The notes beneath the pieces were generated by a model. The model did not search any database, was not told the origin of the DNA, and saw nothing but the letters and a program-made list of their open reading frames with translations. This document shows positions 1 through 9,201 of a DNA stretch of 64,000 nt, in pieces; position 1 is the first letter of the stretch, and each line of letters opens with the position of its first letter. Made by a program: the position numbers and the translations under genes. The stretch is from positions 1 through 64,000 of IMG/VR virus record IMGVR_UViG_3300050821_017626, one strand, 5' to 3'. This DNA comes from a virus.

Positions 1-816
1 AGCGGCCCTCGCTAACTTCTGCGCTACCTCTCGCGAACCTTTGACCCCGGCTTTATCAATATCATAGCAGACGTAGATGATCTTCCCTTTGAACAGCGTG
101 CCCCAGTCATCAGGAAGCGAGCCTTCCCCTCCGGTGAAAGTGAGGGCGTTCTTGATGCCGAAATCCCACATCCGCAGCAGGTCTTTTTCTCCGGCAGCCA
201 GAACGATCTCATCTATTTGCAGCGCCTCGACCGGGAAGCAGCGAACCCCGCCGTGGCCGCGCGCCCAGTGACAATACTTCGGCTTGGTGTTCGGGTTGTA
301 GCGGCGGATATCGACCCACTCCCCTGCGACATCCCGAATGGGGATGGTAATGCGCGAGGGACCGGGCTCACCTCGCATCCATCCGATCTTGAAGTGACGC
401 AGGGTGGCCGGAGATATGCCCAGGATTTTGCCGACCCGTTGCACCAACTCGGTATTGGAGAACAGGAACTGGTGGTGTTGGAGCACCACCTGATCGTCGA
501 TCTCCTTGAGGATCTCCAGTTCCCTCGCCAGTTCCCGGATGGCCTGTGCGTTGTTCTTGATGCCTTTGGCGAGGCGGTAGAGGTCAATAATATCTCCGTC
601 GGGCTTACTGCAGTTGCTGCTGAAACAATGCCAAAGTCCGGTCGTGGTGTTGAAAGAAGCCGAACGAGTGTCATGGGTATGCTCGTGCGCAAGACAGAAG
701 AACGCCGCCTCGCCCTCAGCGTTTATTCCTTCAAACTCCACGAACTTTTGTGCCCAGTCGAGGTAGCCGATCTTTTTTTCGATCTCTTTTTTTACCAACT
801 GGGCTAGTTTTGACAC
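1..816 (-). CDS. DNA primase (zinc-binding + TOPRIM), 3' end outside window
   Basis: Not in the ORF track because it runs off the edge. GTG at 816 after an AAGGGA RBS reads MSKLAQLVKKEIEKK...FFCLAHEH...LWHCFSSNC (CHC2-like Zn finger)...AGEKD...YVCYDIDKAG (TOPRIM E and DxD). Confidence 0.85.
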   Translation of the reverse strand, partial: MSKLAQLVKKEIEKKIGYLDWAQKFVEFEGINAEGEAAFFCLAHEHTHDTRSASFNTTTGLWHCFSSNCSKPDGDIIDLYRLAKGIKNNAQAIRELARELEILKEIDDQVVLQHHQFLFSNTELVQRVGKILGISPATLRHFKIGWMRGEPGPSRITIPIRDVAGEWVDIRRYNPNTKPKYCHWARGHGGVRCFPVEALQIDEIVLAAGEKDLLRMWDFGIKNALTFTGGEGSLPDDWGTLFKGKIIYVCYDIDKAGVKGSREVAQKLARAA

Positions 817-828
817 GTTCAGATCCCT

Positions 829-1320
829 TCAGCTACTCGCCGCATATTGTTCTTTGTAGAGTTCCCAAGATTTTGTAACAGCGCCCGTTCCGTAATACAG
901 ATCATCCAACTGATCCGTCGCAACCATGTTTAAGACTTCAAACAGCCAGATACAGAACGGCTCCGGTTTGGCTCCGCACAATCCCTTCTTCAAGGTGATA
1001 TTGGCAGATACCCAGTCTCGTATCGTTGGTTGTTCGCGAGTTCGCTTTCTCCCGCCCCGCACAATGACCGGTTCCCAAGCATAAGCGGGGTTCACGCCCG
1101 GTTTAAAAGAGCAGAACGGCTTCACCCAGGACATCACTCTAACGTCAGGAGGGCAAAGCGGGAGGATTTGCCTCAGTGAGGGTGAGCTGGCACATAAGGC
1201 CCATCCATCGGGATAATCATTAACCAGAAGCTCGATTAGTTCTTTGTGGTCAATTTCTTCGCACTGATAATGCTTTCGGGCTTGTCCAATGTAGGGTGGG
1301 TCAGCAATAGCGAATTTCAT
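829..1320 (-). CDS. Small orphan DNA adenine methyltransferase-like protein
   Basis: N-terminal IADPPY (motif IV) and C-terminal DLYYGTG (motif I-like). Confidence 0.7.
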   Translation of the reverse strand: MKFAIADPPYIGQARKHYQCEEIDHKELIELLVNDYPDGWALCASSPSLRQILPLCPPDVRVMSWVKPFCSFKPGVNPAYAWEPVIVRGGRKRTREQPTIRDWVSANITLKKGLCGAKPEPFCIWLFEVLNMVATDQLDDLYYGTGAVTKSWELYKEQYAASS

Positions 1321-1332
1321 TATTGGTCATAT

Positions 1333-1363
1333 AAAAAGGGAGGCTCCCGTTGAGGAGCCTCCC
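1333..1363 (-). terminator. Intrinsic terminator
   Basis: 10-bp stem GGGAGGCTCC/GGAGCCTCCC followed by a T-run on the minus strand, just downstream of the SSB-like gene. Confidence 0.8.
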
Positions 1364-1387
1364 CATCGAGCAAGTGAGAAAACTAAC

Positions 1388-2005
1388 TTACGTAGGCCAC
1401 GGCGGCGTGTTGCCGGCGTTGCTGCGCGGTCGTCCCGGCTTGGCAGTCGGCTTGACCGGTTCCATCTCGACGGGGACTGTTTCCGGCTCGTCGAACTCGT
1501 CGAAGCTCATCCCATCGCCAACGGGCAGCTCATACTTGCTGAGTGGGGCATAGCCACCGAACGGAATGACGGATTTCTCGCGGATCTGGCCCTGCCATTC
1601 GTTCTCTTCTGTTTTTACCTCGCCCCAGCAACGCTTGCCAAGGAAATCGGCGTAGCGACCAATCGGCTTCTTTTCCTGAGCGTCCCACATGCCTACCGCA
1701 GAGGCGTAGTTCGCCATCTTGCCAGCTCCCTTGCCGGAGAGCATCAGGATATCGACAATGAACTGACCCACGTTCGGGCCGGCGAAGGCGGTCTGGGTCA
1801 CCTTCAACCCCTTGTCGCCCTTCTGGCTGACGAACAGTTCGAGGTCCGTGCATTCGAAGGGGTGGGGTCCTTCTACGAAGGTAAAAGATTTGACCTGGCT
1901 GCCATCGTAATCGATGTCGCTGTACAGGTCGCCACCACTGCCCTTCTGGCTGGCAGCCGCTTCCATCCCGGCCAATGAATCCAACTCGTTTTCGGACAAA
2001 GACAT
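1388..2005 (-). CDS. Phage ssDNA-binding protein (DUF669-like)
   Basis: Beta-rich core, acidic/Pro-rich tail ending PPWPT, directly downstream of the Sak4-like ATPase. Confidence 0.6.
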   Translation of the reverse strand: MSLSENELDSLAGMEAAASQKGSGGDLYSDIDYDGSQVKSFTFVEGPHPFECTDLELFVSQKGDKGLKVTQTAFAGPNVGQFIVDILMLSGKGAGKMANYASAVGMWDAQEKKPIGRYADFLGKRCWGEVKTEENEWQGQIREKSVIPFGGYAPLSKYELPVGDGMSFDEFDEPETVPVEMEPVKPTAKPGRPRSNAGNTPPWPT

Positions 2006-2791
2006 TTAACTTACGCTCCTTGAATTCGTCGTCTTAGCGATCAGGTTTTTAATATCCGGGTCCTCCCAATCCTTGAGGGTGTGGAACCGGGACTTGCACT
2101 CTACGGGCGGCGAGAACTGCTCCCGCGTTCGCAACTTCCGTATCTCCTCAACTCCCTTCCCTTCTTCCTGCTTCTGGAACAGCGTGTAACGGCAGAGGAC
2201 ATCGACATGCCGGATCAACTGCCGAGAAATACGCCCAGAAAGCTCCGGTCGCAGTGCCCCTTTCTCATCCTGATACTCCTGGGCGAGAAAAATTGTGTTG
2301 GCATTCAGGCCCCGCAGCGTGCGCACTACTGCCTCCATTTTGAGGAGGACAACCCCCCAATCCTGTATCTCCATCAGGATCTGTTTGGTTGACTTAAGGC
2401 GCTCCATAATGCAGATGCGTTGCAACTCCGTCAGTGAATCCAGAAATATGGTGCCCCAGAATCCTGGAGAACTCGCCAACTCGCTTTCAATGCGAGCAAT
2501 CAGAGCGCTCATTTCATCCATCGTGCGCACGGTCTCGTAGTAGAGATCCTTGAAGTTACCGTTTGCGTCGAGTTCCAGGCTGTATTGCTTTACTAAGGCT
2601 GGATCGGGGTTCCGCAGGGATGCGATGCCATTCTCGCAGTCGATCACCAGAACGGGACCAGGGCAGGTCGCGGCAAGCGAAGTCTTGCCGACGCCGCTCT
2701 TCCCGTAGATCAACGCATTGAAAAAACCAGCGGAAGAGTCGGAAATATGCTTCGGACGACGCAGTTTTCCTGCGGGTGGAGCGGTTGACAT
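2006..2791 (-). CDS. Sak4/AAA_24-like recombination ATPase
   Basis: Walker A GKSGVGKT, VIDCENG, Walker B IFLDSLT, and a QDWG motif. Confidence 0.8.
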   Translation of the reverse strand: MSTAPPAGKLRRPKHISDSSAGFFNALIYGKSGVGKTSLAATCPGPVLVIDCENGIASLRNPDPALVKQYSLELDANGNFKDLYYETVRTMDEMSALIARIESELASSPGFWGTIFLDSLTELQRICIMERLKSTKQILMEIQDWGVVLLKMEAVVRTLRGLNANTIFLAQEYQDEKGALRPELSGRISRQLIRHVDVLCRYTLFQKQEEGKGVEEIRKLRTREQFSPPVECKSRFHTLKDWEDPDIKNLIAKTTNSRSVS

Positions 2792-2829
2792 GCATTCACC
2801 TCGATTAGTAAGGGGTTGGTTCTATGAGT

Positions 2830-2859
2830 AGTATACTCGGGCAAGGGGCGGTTTGTTAA
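2830..2859 (-). promoter_or_regulatory. TTAACA-N17-GTATACT promoter (copy 1 of 5)
   Basis: Same motif and spacing in five intergenic positions. Confidence 0.75.
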
Positions 2860-2884
2860 TGGAGGTATCAAGTATTGTAGCACA

Positions 2885-4594
2885 TCATGGGTGGGTTGGC
2901 AAGCCGTCCATAAGGAGCATGTCAGCCAGATTCTGTTTCCTATCAATCGCCTTTAGGATTTTTTCGTCGATGCTATCTTCGCACACCAGGTCCAGAATGC
3001 TGTATGGGCGGCTGCGGCCCAGGCGGTGGCCGCGCTCAATGCTTTGATTGCGTTCAAGCAGGCTAAAAGTTCCTGAATGGTATGCGAGGCAATCAGCGGC
3101 CGGAATATCGAGGCCGTAAGAGCACGCCTGAATCTGGCACACCAACACCCGCCTCGGGTGACTTCGATCATTGAACTCCTGGCGCAGTTGCTCCCGTGCT
3201 TCGTTCTTGACCGAGCCATCGATATAGCCCAATGCCTCGTCGGGAATACCTGCCGCGAGTAGCGCTTCGCAAACTCGTTTTCGCTCCGCCACATACCGGG
3301 TCCAGATCACCAGATGCGCGTCAGTAGTTTCCAGTTTGTCCTTCACGTAGTCCACGAGCCATTCCGTCTTGGCGCTCTTGATCGGTAGGCAATAAGGCTC
3401 TCCGTCCCCATTGACGGGAAAAAGTCCGCTAGTGACCTGCTGCAGGCGGATGGCCTGATCCAATGCGGAAGCCGCCGTCAGCACCTCTTCCTCTCCCTGC
3501 TCGTTGATCCGTTTGGCGTAGAGATCATCCGCCATCTGTCGATAGAGGGCGGATTGCTCAGGGCTCATTGGCAACCGGATCACCTCGAATTGTTTTTCGG
3601 GCATTGCCACCGCCGCCGCTTTGGTAATCCGATAGGATTGAAAATAGAGTTTATCGATGAAGCCATGCAGCGACTGTGGCTGGAAGGCGACAAACTCCCG
3701 TCCCGTGAATCCTCCCAGTCGAAAATAGGTTTCCGCAAAGCGCCAGTAGGATTTGCCAAACAATTCCGGTTCCACGAACCGGAAGATGCTCCAGATATCG
3801 GCCGGGGAATTCCCCATTGGCGTTCCCGTCATGGCCAGTCGATAGGGACAGCCATCAGCCAGGCGGTGCGCTGCCTTCGCCATCTTGGTATTCCGTTCCT
3901 TGATGCGGCTGGCCTCATCGAGCACGATCATCTCGGGGCGCCAGTTTTTGAGGAACGTCGTCATCCGGGAGAGCGATTCCCAGTTGACAACCGCAATCAA
4001 GGGCCATGCGGTCGGTGCCTTTACCAGCCGTTCCAGGCGCTTCTCCACGGGCATATCAGTCAACATCAGCGGAGTCGCCTGCGGCCAACTGCGCTCCAGG
4101 TGTTGGCGCCACTGCAGCGCCGTGCTGTTCTGCACCACGACCAACGCCTTCTGAAACACGTAGAAACGCATGAGATCGATAGCCATGCGGGTTTTGCCGA
4201 GTCCCATCTCAGCCAGATTCGCGAACCCACCTCCACCATTCTCAAAGCATTGCCGCGCCCAACAGAAAGCTTCCAATTGATGCGGGTACGGCGGGGGTTC
4301 CCCTGCAGCCGGCTCCGGGTAACTTTGAGCAAATTTACTCGGTGCCTTGAGTAATCGGCTGCGAACGGCTACATACTCGTCGAAGGCTTCCTCGAACTGG
4401 CCGATGGTCTCCAGCAGCAGAACATTGGTGCGTGTCATGGGCAGCGCCAGACAGTTCCACTCAGTCCACCACTCCACGCCGGGGGCGCTGCCCAGCAGAT
4501 CCAACTGCCTCTTGCTGCCTTGGTAGCAGAGATACGACTCTCCCGAGGCATCGGGCGCCACTCCGACGCGGTTGATCTTGGAGAGCCCTACCAC
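2885..4594 (-). CDS. SNF2-family helicase
   Basis: EMGLGKT, VLDEAS, MTGTP and ERGHRLG SF2 motifs. Confidence 0.9.
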   Translation of the reverse strand: MVGLSKINRVGVAPDASGESYLCYQGSKRQLDLLGSAPGVEWWTEWNCLALPMTRTNVLLLETIGQFEEAFDEYVAVRSRLLKAPSKFAQSYPEPAAGEPPPYPHQLEAFCWARQCFENGGGGFANLAEMGLGKTRMAIDLMRFYVFQKALVVVQNSTALQWRQHLERSWPQATPLMLTDMPVEKRLERLVKAPTAWPLIAVVNWESLSRMTTFLKNWRPEMIVLDEASRIKERNTKMAKAAHRLADGCPYRLAMTGTPMGNSPADIWSIFRFVEPELFGKSYWRFAETYFRLGGFTGREFVAFQPQSLHGFIDKLYFQSYRITKAAAVAMPEKQFEVIRLPMSPEQSALYRQMADDLYAKRINEQGEEEVLTAASALDQAIRLQQVTSGLFPVNGDGEPYCLPIKSAKTEWLVDYVKDKLETTDAHLVIWTRYVAERKRVCEALLAAGIPDEALGYIDGSVKNEAREQLRQEFNDRSHPRRVLVCQIQACSYGLDIPAADCLAYHSGTFSLLERNQSIERGHRLGRSRPYSILDLVCEDSIDEKILKAIDRKQNLADMLLMDGLPTHP

Positions 4595-5469
4595 CCGCCG
4601 ATCACCGAACTGGACATTACGAAATGCGCCTGGAACCCTGCCTTATCCTTCAACGCCTGGCGCAATTTCCACAAAGCGCGGCGCTCCACGTTGCGAACTC
4701 CCTCGCGAGAGAGGCCCACCTGCTCGGCAATCTCCCGCAGCGTATACATCCGGTGACCGTCGAATCCGTATCGCAGGGCGATCACCTCGTGCTCTCGCTC
4801 GGTGAGTTGCTCGCTCATCGTCTGCAGTAGCACCGTCCGATCATGCTGGTGGAGTGAATTCAGCGCCGGATTGACCGCTCCCTTATCCTTGAGCAGTTCC
4901 CAGAAGAAGACATCGGTGCCCTCGCCGGTATTGCCAATCGCCACGACATCGATGGAGAGGGGATCGCTCAGCAGATTGAGAAAACTCCAACAGACGTGCC
5001 GGGGCACACCGCTCGCTTCGCTCAACTCGTCGAGGGTCGGCTCGCGCTCCAACTCAACCTCTAACTCGCGGAAGGATTGGGTCATCTGCTGTTCCATCCG
5101 GCAGCCGTACGAGGGCATGCGAATAACCCGATCCGTCTTCTCAATGGAACGATTGATCGCCTGCCTGATCCAGTAGGTGGCATAGGTGCTGAACTTCAGC
5201 CCCAACTCCAGCTTGAACTTTTCGATAGCCGTGATGAGACCGAAGATCCCTTCCTGCACCCGGTCTTCGAATGACATGCTGCGACACGAGTACCGCTTCG
5301 CGATGCTGGATACCAACCTAATGTTGGCTTCGATCATCCGGTTGCGTGCTTCGATATTCCCCGCCTGCGCTGCGGCAATCAGCGCCCGCTCTTCCTTCTT
5401 GGTCAGCAAAGGGCGAGAAGAAAAGAGCGGGCCTTTGTCTAGTTCTTCCTCATTCATCGTTTTTACCAT
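4588..5469 (-). CDS. RNA polymerase sigma-70 factor (RpoD/RpoS-like)
   Basis: ANIRLVSSIAKRY, QEGIFGL, KFSTYATYWIRQAI and region 4 TLREIAEQVGLSREGVR. Confidence 0.92.
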   Translation of the reverse strand: MVKTMNEEELDKGPLFSSRPLLTKKEERALIAAAQAGNIEARNRMIEANIRLVSSIAKRYSCRSMSFEDRVQEGIFGLITAIEKFKLELGLKFSTYATYWIRQAINRSIEKTDRVIRMPSYGCRMEQQMTQSFRELEVELEREPTLDELSEASGVPRHVCWSFLNLLSDPLSIDVVAIGNTGEGTDVFFWELLKDKGAVNPALNSLHQHDRTVLLQTMSEQLTEREHEVIALRYGFDGHRMYTLREIAEQVGLSREGVRNVERRALWKLRQALKDKAGFQAHFVMSSSVIGGW

Positions 5470-6584
5470 GGCACCAGCGGTGCGAGCAGGCCATAATACC
5501 CCTCCGTTTCCGTCGGGGCAATCTCAACCGGAGAGCGATCCGGGCCAATCCAAATCGATACCTGATCGCCACCGAGGGCATTCAGCAAATTGATTAGTTG
5601 CTTCGCATTGAGAAACACTTCCAGCGTTTCGCCGCCGTCATTTTCAATACTCAAGAATTCCTCACCGTTGCCTTTATCCGTAGGAATCGAATGAAGGGCC
5701 AGTTCGCCTTTGACGGCCTTGAGGTGCAACCGGTAAGAATCGTCCTCGCAGATGGCCGCGAGGCGCTTCACTGCACCGATCAGTTCCGCTCGGTTAACGT
5801 GTAGGCAGCCACATCCGTCGCCGCCTTTGACTATCTTGTCGATCACCCGCTGCACGTTCGGATAAGGGCCGGCAATGACGCGAGATGTAAGACGGAAGCG
5901 GGGGGTCGTAATAGAGATCAGATTTTCATCGAACTGCACCCATATCTCTTTTTGTTCGTCCTGCAGATTACGAGTTAGCGCCCCCATTGTCGCCTTGGGA
6001 ATAACCGTTTCCGCCTCATCGCCGTTCCAGTCCACCGCCGCTCTATAAAATATGAATTGGTAAAGGTCTGATGAAATTAGTTTCACGAAGCGCGGGGTCA
6101 ACTGCAGGAGGGCGCCGTTGAGTGCTGGTTTGTTATCATTGCTCCCGATAGCGGGGAGCGTCTTCTCCACCATGTCTTTCAGGATATCTTCAGGAAGCGT
6201 AATTGTCCAGGGGTCCTGCAGCGCTGGCATTGAAGGGAAGGAGCCCGGTTCCAACCCATTCAGGGTGTAGCGGCTCTTTCCTGATTTTACGGTGCTGGTC
6301 GACCAATTCTTGCTCTCCACGCTCAGTTCGTCGCCCTTCATGTGGCTGACGATCTCGCAAAACTGCTTCGCCGGCAACGTTACTGCGCCGGGATGGCTTA
6401 CCGCGCCGGAAGCGATACATTCTAGTTCTACCTCGTAATCACTGGCTGATAAGATGATCTGCCCACTCTCCAACGCCTCTAGTTTGATGTGCGAGAGCAG
6501 CACAACCGGACTGTTTGGATTGACGACGTGATAAACGCGTTGCAGGGTTTCGCGGAATTCTTTGGTGTTGGCAACGATTTTCAT
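5463..6584 (-). CDS. dnaN: DNA polymerase III beta sliding clamp
   Basis: 373 aa with SASDYE, SFP, GPYPNV and a C-terminal LLAPL; three-domain clamp pattern. Confidence 0.9.
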   Translation of the reverse strand: MKIVANTKEFRETLQRVYHVVNPNSPVVLLSHIKLEALESGQIILSASDYEVELECIASGAVSHPGAVTLPAKQFCEIVSHMKGDELSVESKNWSTSTVKSGKSRYTLNGLEPGSFPSMPALQDPWTITLPEDILKDMVEKTLPAIGSNDNKPALNGALLQLTPRFVKLISSDLYQFIFYRAAVDWNGDEAETVIPKATMGALTRNLQDEQKEIWVQFDENLISITTPRFRLTSRVIAGPYPNVQRVIDKIVKGGDGCGCLHVNRAELIGAVKRLAAICEDDSYRLHLKAVKGELALHSIPTDKGNGEEFLSIENDGGETLEVFLNAKQLINLLNALGGDQVSIWIGPDRSPVEIAPTETEGYYGLLAPLVPW

Positions 6585-6853
6585 AGTTTGCTAGTTATGA
6601 TTTCGCACAGATCGAGAGCGGTTCGGAGTTTCAATCCGCATTGCGTGTAAACCCAGCGATTTTCTGGGTCGGCTTCAACCAGTCGGCCACATTCAGCCAG
6701 AATATCCGTTAACATCTTTCGGTTATCCGCAGCGGTTCCCGGAAACCAGGGACTGGATTTCAGCGCCTCGTCCCAGTTGGGCTCTTTGGATTTCTTTGCA
6801 GGGCTTGTCCATTCGATTGGCGCATCCAAACCTGCCCTGTCTTTAGCCATCAA
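6581..6853 (-). CDS. Hypothetical protein
   Basis: Start/stop overlaps with both neighbours. Confidence 0.6.
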   Translation of the reverse strand: MMAKDRAGLDAPIEWTSPAKKSKEPNWDEALKSSPWFPGTAADNRKMLTDILAECGRLVEADPENRWVYTQCGLKLRTALDLCEIITSKL

Positions 6854-7065
6854 TTAACCTTGTTCGAAAACACGTCGTCAATGACAATGATCTTGTGAAA
6901 GAACACTTCCGACCCCGGATATTCGCTGGCCCACCGCTTCGCGGCTTCTTGGCTTTCAAATACGGGCGCCAGCCAATCAGGCGCGATGTCGCCCTTTTCG
7001 AGGGCGGTGTTTTTCACAAAGTGGCTCACGAAATACAAAATCTTCTCTGATCTATGATTGGGCAT
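6850..7065 (-). CDS. Hypothetical protein (start probably 7065, not 7407)
   Basis: The upstream part of the track ORF crosses a terminator and structured RNA. Confidence 0.45.
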   Translation of the reverse strand: MPNHRSEKILYFVSHFVKNTALEKGDIAPDWLAPVFESQEAAKRWASEYPGSEVFFHKIIVIDDVFSNKVN

Positions 7066-7083
7066 GTTGAATTTTAAAAGGAT

Positions 7084-7107
7084 GGCAAGAGCCCGAAGGC
7101 TCTTGCC
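7084..7107 (-). terminator. Intrinsic terminator with UUCG tetraloop
   Basis: GGCAAGAGCC-TTCG-GGCTCTTGCC followed by ATCCTTTT. Confidence 0.75.
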
Positions 7108-7151
7108 GCAAGAAGGCATTGGTAATGTTCCACGCTCTCGGTTGCCCGAGA

Positions 7152-7210
7152 AGAGAAGCGGAGGGATCGAACCTCCCCGGCGTATCCGCCGCTGAGCCAT
7201 TAGACTTCTC
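7152..7210 (-). ncRNA. Miniature tRNA-like module (not a canonical tRNA)
   Basis: Acceptor GAGAAGT/GCTTCTC and T-arm GGAGG-TTCGATC-CCTCC. The central hairpin has only a 4-nt loop and there is no proper D-stem. Confidence 0.55.
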
Positions 7211-7291
7211 AAAAGGTGACAGGTATTTCTGGCAAAATACCTGCCAAGATGAAGTTGAGTAGATCGTTCGTCCCCCCGTCTTGGCACGGGA

Positions 7292-7426
7292 GGGGCGGCT
7301 GTTGGACTCGAACCAACTATTTTATTTCCCGGAACACCGGCTGTTGAAGCGCCCCCAGCCGGGAGGAAAGCGTTCCTTCTTTCACTGCGATCCGGTAAGC
7401 ATGTCACCCGCCACGCTGAACCGCCC
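7292..7426 (-). ncRNA. Expanded tRNA-like module (135 nt)
   Basis: 8-bp acceptor GGGCGGTT/AGCCGCCC, D-like stem GCGTG/CATGC and T-arm GTTGG-TTCGAGT-CCAAC. A branched insert closed by CCGGA/TCCGG occupies the anticodon position. Confidence 0.6.
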
Positions 7427-7590
7427 AGGGTTCCGGTTTAACGAGAACCGGCAACGAGTTTGTAAGGAGCTTTCTTCTCACAGTGTGGCATAGTTATTCG
7501 CGCCCATACTAACCCAACGGGTTATAACGCTACACGTTCTATCCCTGTTTTCCGCCAGGACGTGACCCTGGTTGCCAACTGCTGATGAGC

Positions 7591-7992
7591 CTAGAAACGA
7601 GGGCTCAAGAAATCATACCTGACACCAACAACGTATCGATCTGCGTTCAAGGAGTAGCGGCGTTCCCAATAGGTGTATGCCACCATGCCGCCGTAGATAG
7701 GGTGCTCGACCCCGAGATTGAACTTGTTCTCTTTGTCGAACGGGAACTTGTTGTCGGTCTGATACTGTCCCTTGAAGAAGATGCTGAACTTCTCCCATGC
7801 ATTGTTCAGTTTCAGGTTACCCACGACCATCGGCGAGTTATCCTGCGGCCGATCCGGGTGAACGAGGTTCGTCTCCAGGCCGAGCGAACCGCTGAACCAG
7901 CGGGTACCTTGCTGGCCTTCGGCTACTGCAGGGCGCGGTGCCTGCAAGTTGAGCGATAGAAGCACTGCGGTAATGATAAAAACGTAACGCAC
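7591..7992 (-). CDS. Secreted, outer-membrane beta-barrel-like protein
   Basis: Signal peptide, amphipathic aromatic strands (VGVRYDF) and a terminal Phe. Confidence 0.5.
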   Translation of the reverse strand: MRYVFIITAVLLSLNLQAPRPAVAEGQQGTRWFSGSLGLETNLVHPDRPQDNSPMVVGNLKLNNAWEKFSIFFKGQYQTDNKFPFDKENKFNLGVEHPIYGGMVAYTYWERRYSLNADRYVVGVRYDFLSPRF

Positions 7993-8024
7993 TTGTTTCT
8001 CCTATTTGAAGCGTGTCTATTTAT

Positions 8025-8054
8025 AGTATACTGGCCGGATGACCAGGATGTTAA
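8025..8054 (-). promoter_or_regulatory. TTAACA-N17-GTATACT promoter (copy 2)
   Basis: Exact motif upstream of 7992. Confidence 0.75.
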
Positions 8055-8488
8055 CCTATTCGAGGATATTTTCCGCTGCCTACGCCCGCTAAGTAATCCG
8101 CTCTAACGTTTTCCTTGTGCCCGGCGTGACCTTTGCACCAACGTAGGTGTATCCTACCGAACTCTTTCATCGTCGCCTTCACATCTTCTACCAACTTCCA
8201 ATTCTCCACGCTGGTTCCCTTTTTACTGAGAACCATCCGTGCATACTCAGAATCGGTGTAGATCGTGACCGTGAGATCGTGGCAGAATTCGTCGCGGGCT
8301 AGAAGCACCTTAAGTACCTCGCGTATCGCGAGAATCTCTGCCCTGTTGCAGTCGGCCTTTCCTGCCGAGCGGCCGTATTCTATGCGCTTTCCTTCGTGGA
8401 GGATCACAACGCCGATGCCAGCCTTCGCCTTCTTCGGGTTGGATGAGCCCCAGCTACTGCCGTCGCACCAAGCTTTTACATGGCGCAT
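8051..8488 (-). CDS. rnhA: Ribonuclease HI
   Basis: WCDGS, NRAEILA, YTDSEY and WCKGHAG..ENVRADYLA catalytic motifs. Confidence 0.92.
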   Translation of the reverse strand: MRHVKAWCDGSSWGSSNPKKAKAGIGVVILHEGKRIEYGRSAGKADCNRAEILAIREVLKVLLARDEFCHDLTVTIYTDSEYARMVLSKKGTSVENWKLVEDVKATMKEFGRIHLRWCKGHAGHKENVRADYLAGVGSGKYPRIG

Positions 8489-9054
8489 TGGGCTTCATCG
8501 CCCCATGTTGCCCATCCTGGCCAGGCTTCGCCTCGCCCAAATAATTCCGCGTAAGGGCCAACAACCAATCGTTCGATTCTGTTGTGAATTTCATCCGGTT
8601 TCCGACTGTGATCTCTGCGAGGACTGATGATTAAATTGGCCACGCTATTATCGACCCGTTTCGGCTTACCACGGGTTGCCAATAGACAGATTTCGGGGTT
8701 GCCACGCGTCCAATATCCCAATCCGAAGTGCCAGCCGACACCAGAGGGATTTTGTTTAACCCATGTGTGAGCCACGGTTTTGTAAGTAAACCCCCATGCC
8801 TTCACAACCTGAAGAGCATCCTGTAGCTTTGGGTACGTGGCCCAACAGAATAACACGCAATCTTTTGCAGCAATATCGGCAACGGGTAACTTACAAAGAT
8901 CATCGGTTCCTTGCACATTGTAAGGGGACCGCCCATTTCTTCGCGCCCATTTCTCGCCGCGAGTGGCGAGTTCATTCATACTCCAGTTTTGGAATCTCCA
9001 TGGTGGATCAGCTAAAATAGCTCCAAATTTTCCATCAGGCAGCGGAGCAAACAA
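8476..9054 (-). CDS. MT-A70-family adenine methyltransferase
   Basis: ILADPPW, LFCWAT, WGFTYKT, HSRKP and ELFGR motifs. Confidence 0.9.
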   Translation of the reverse strand: MFAPLPDGKFGAILADPPWRFQNWSMNELATRGEKWARRNGRSPYNVQGTDDLCKLPVADIAAKDCVLFCWATYPKLQDALQVVKAWGFTYKTVAHTWVKQNPSGVGWHFGLGYWTRGNPEICLLATRGKPKRVDNSVANLIISPRRDHSRKPDEIHNRIERLVVGPYAELFGRGEAWPGWATWGDEAQCAM

Positions 9055-9201
9055 CTCGTTCTCTATTGCTTTTCCCTCCTGTCATCTTTTTCCGAATCTC
9101 CTCCAAACATTGACTGCAGATATGCTCCCTCCCGAGGGGACGCACTAGCGCCCCCTCGTGGATCTGATCGCAGATGTTGCAGCGCTTGCTGACCGGTTGC
9201 T

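Larger units (their letters stand above)
7084..7590 (-). ncRNA. Candidate large structured ncRNA (~500 nt)
   Basis: Consecutive helices, a GNRA hairpin TCTCGG-GCAA-CCGAGA, a possible pseudoknot GCCAAG/CTTGGC, two T-arm modules and a 3' terminator. Confidence 0.6.

Noticed and set aside
213-807. Track ORFs 213-692 (-) and 217-807 (+)
   Set aside because: Shadow frames of the primase gene 816-1.
7292-7426. tRNA-Sec (8/5 fold and a CTTCAA sequence)
   Set aside because: The TCA is not in a 7-nt loop on an anticodon stem and there is no long variable arm.
7575-7605. Plus-strand CTGATGA-GCCTA-GAAAC resembling a hammerhead core
   Set aside because: No stem II and no convincing stems I or III; it overlaps the stop codon of the minus-strand gene.
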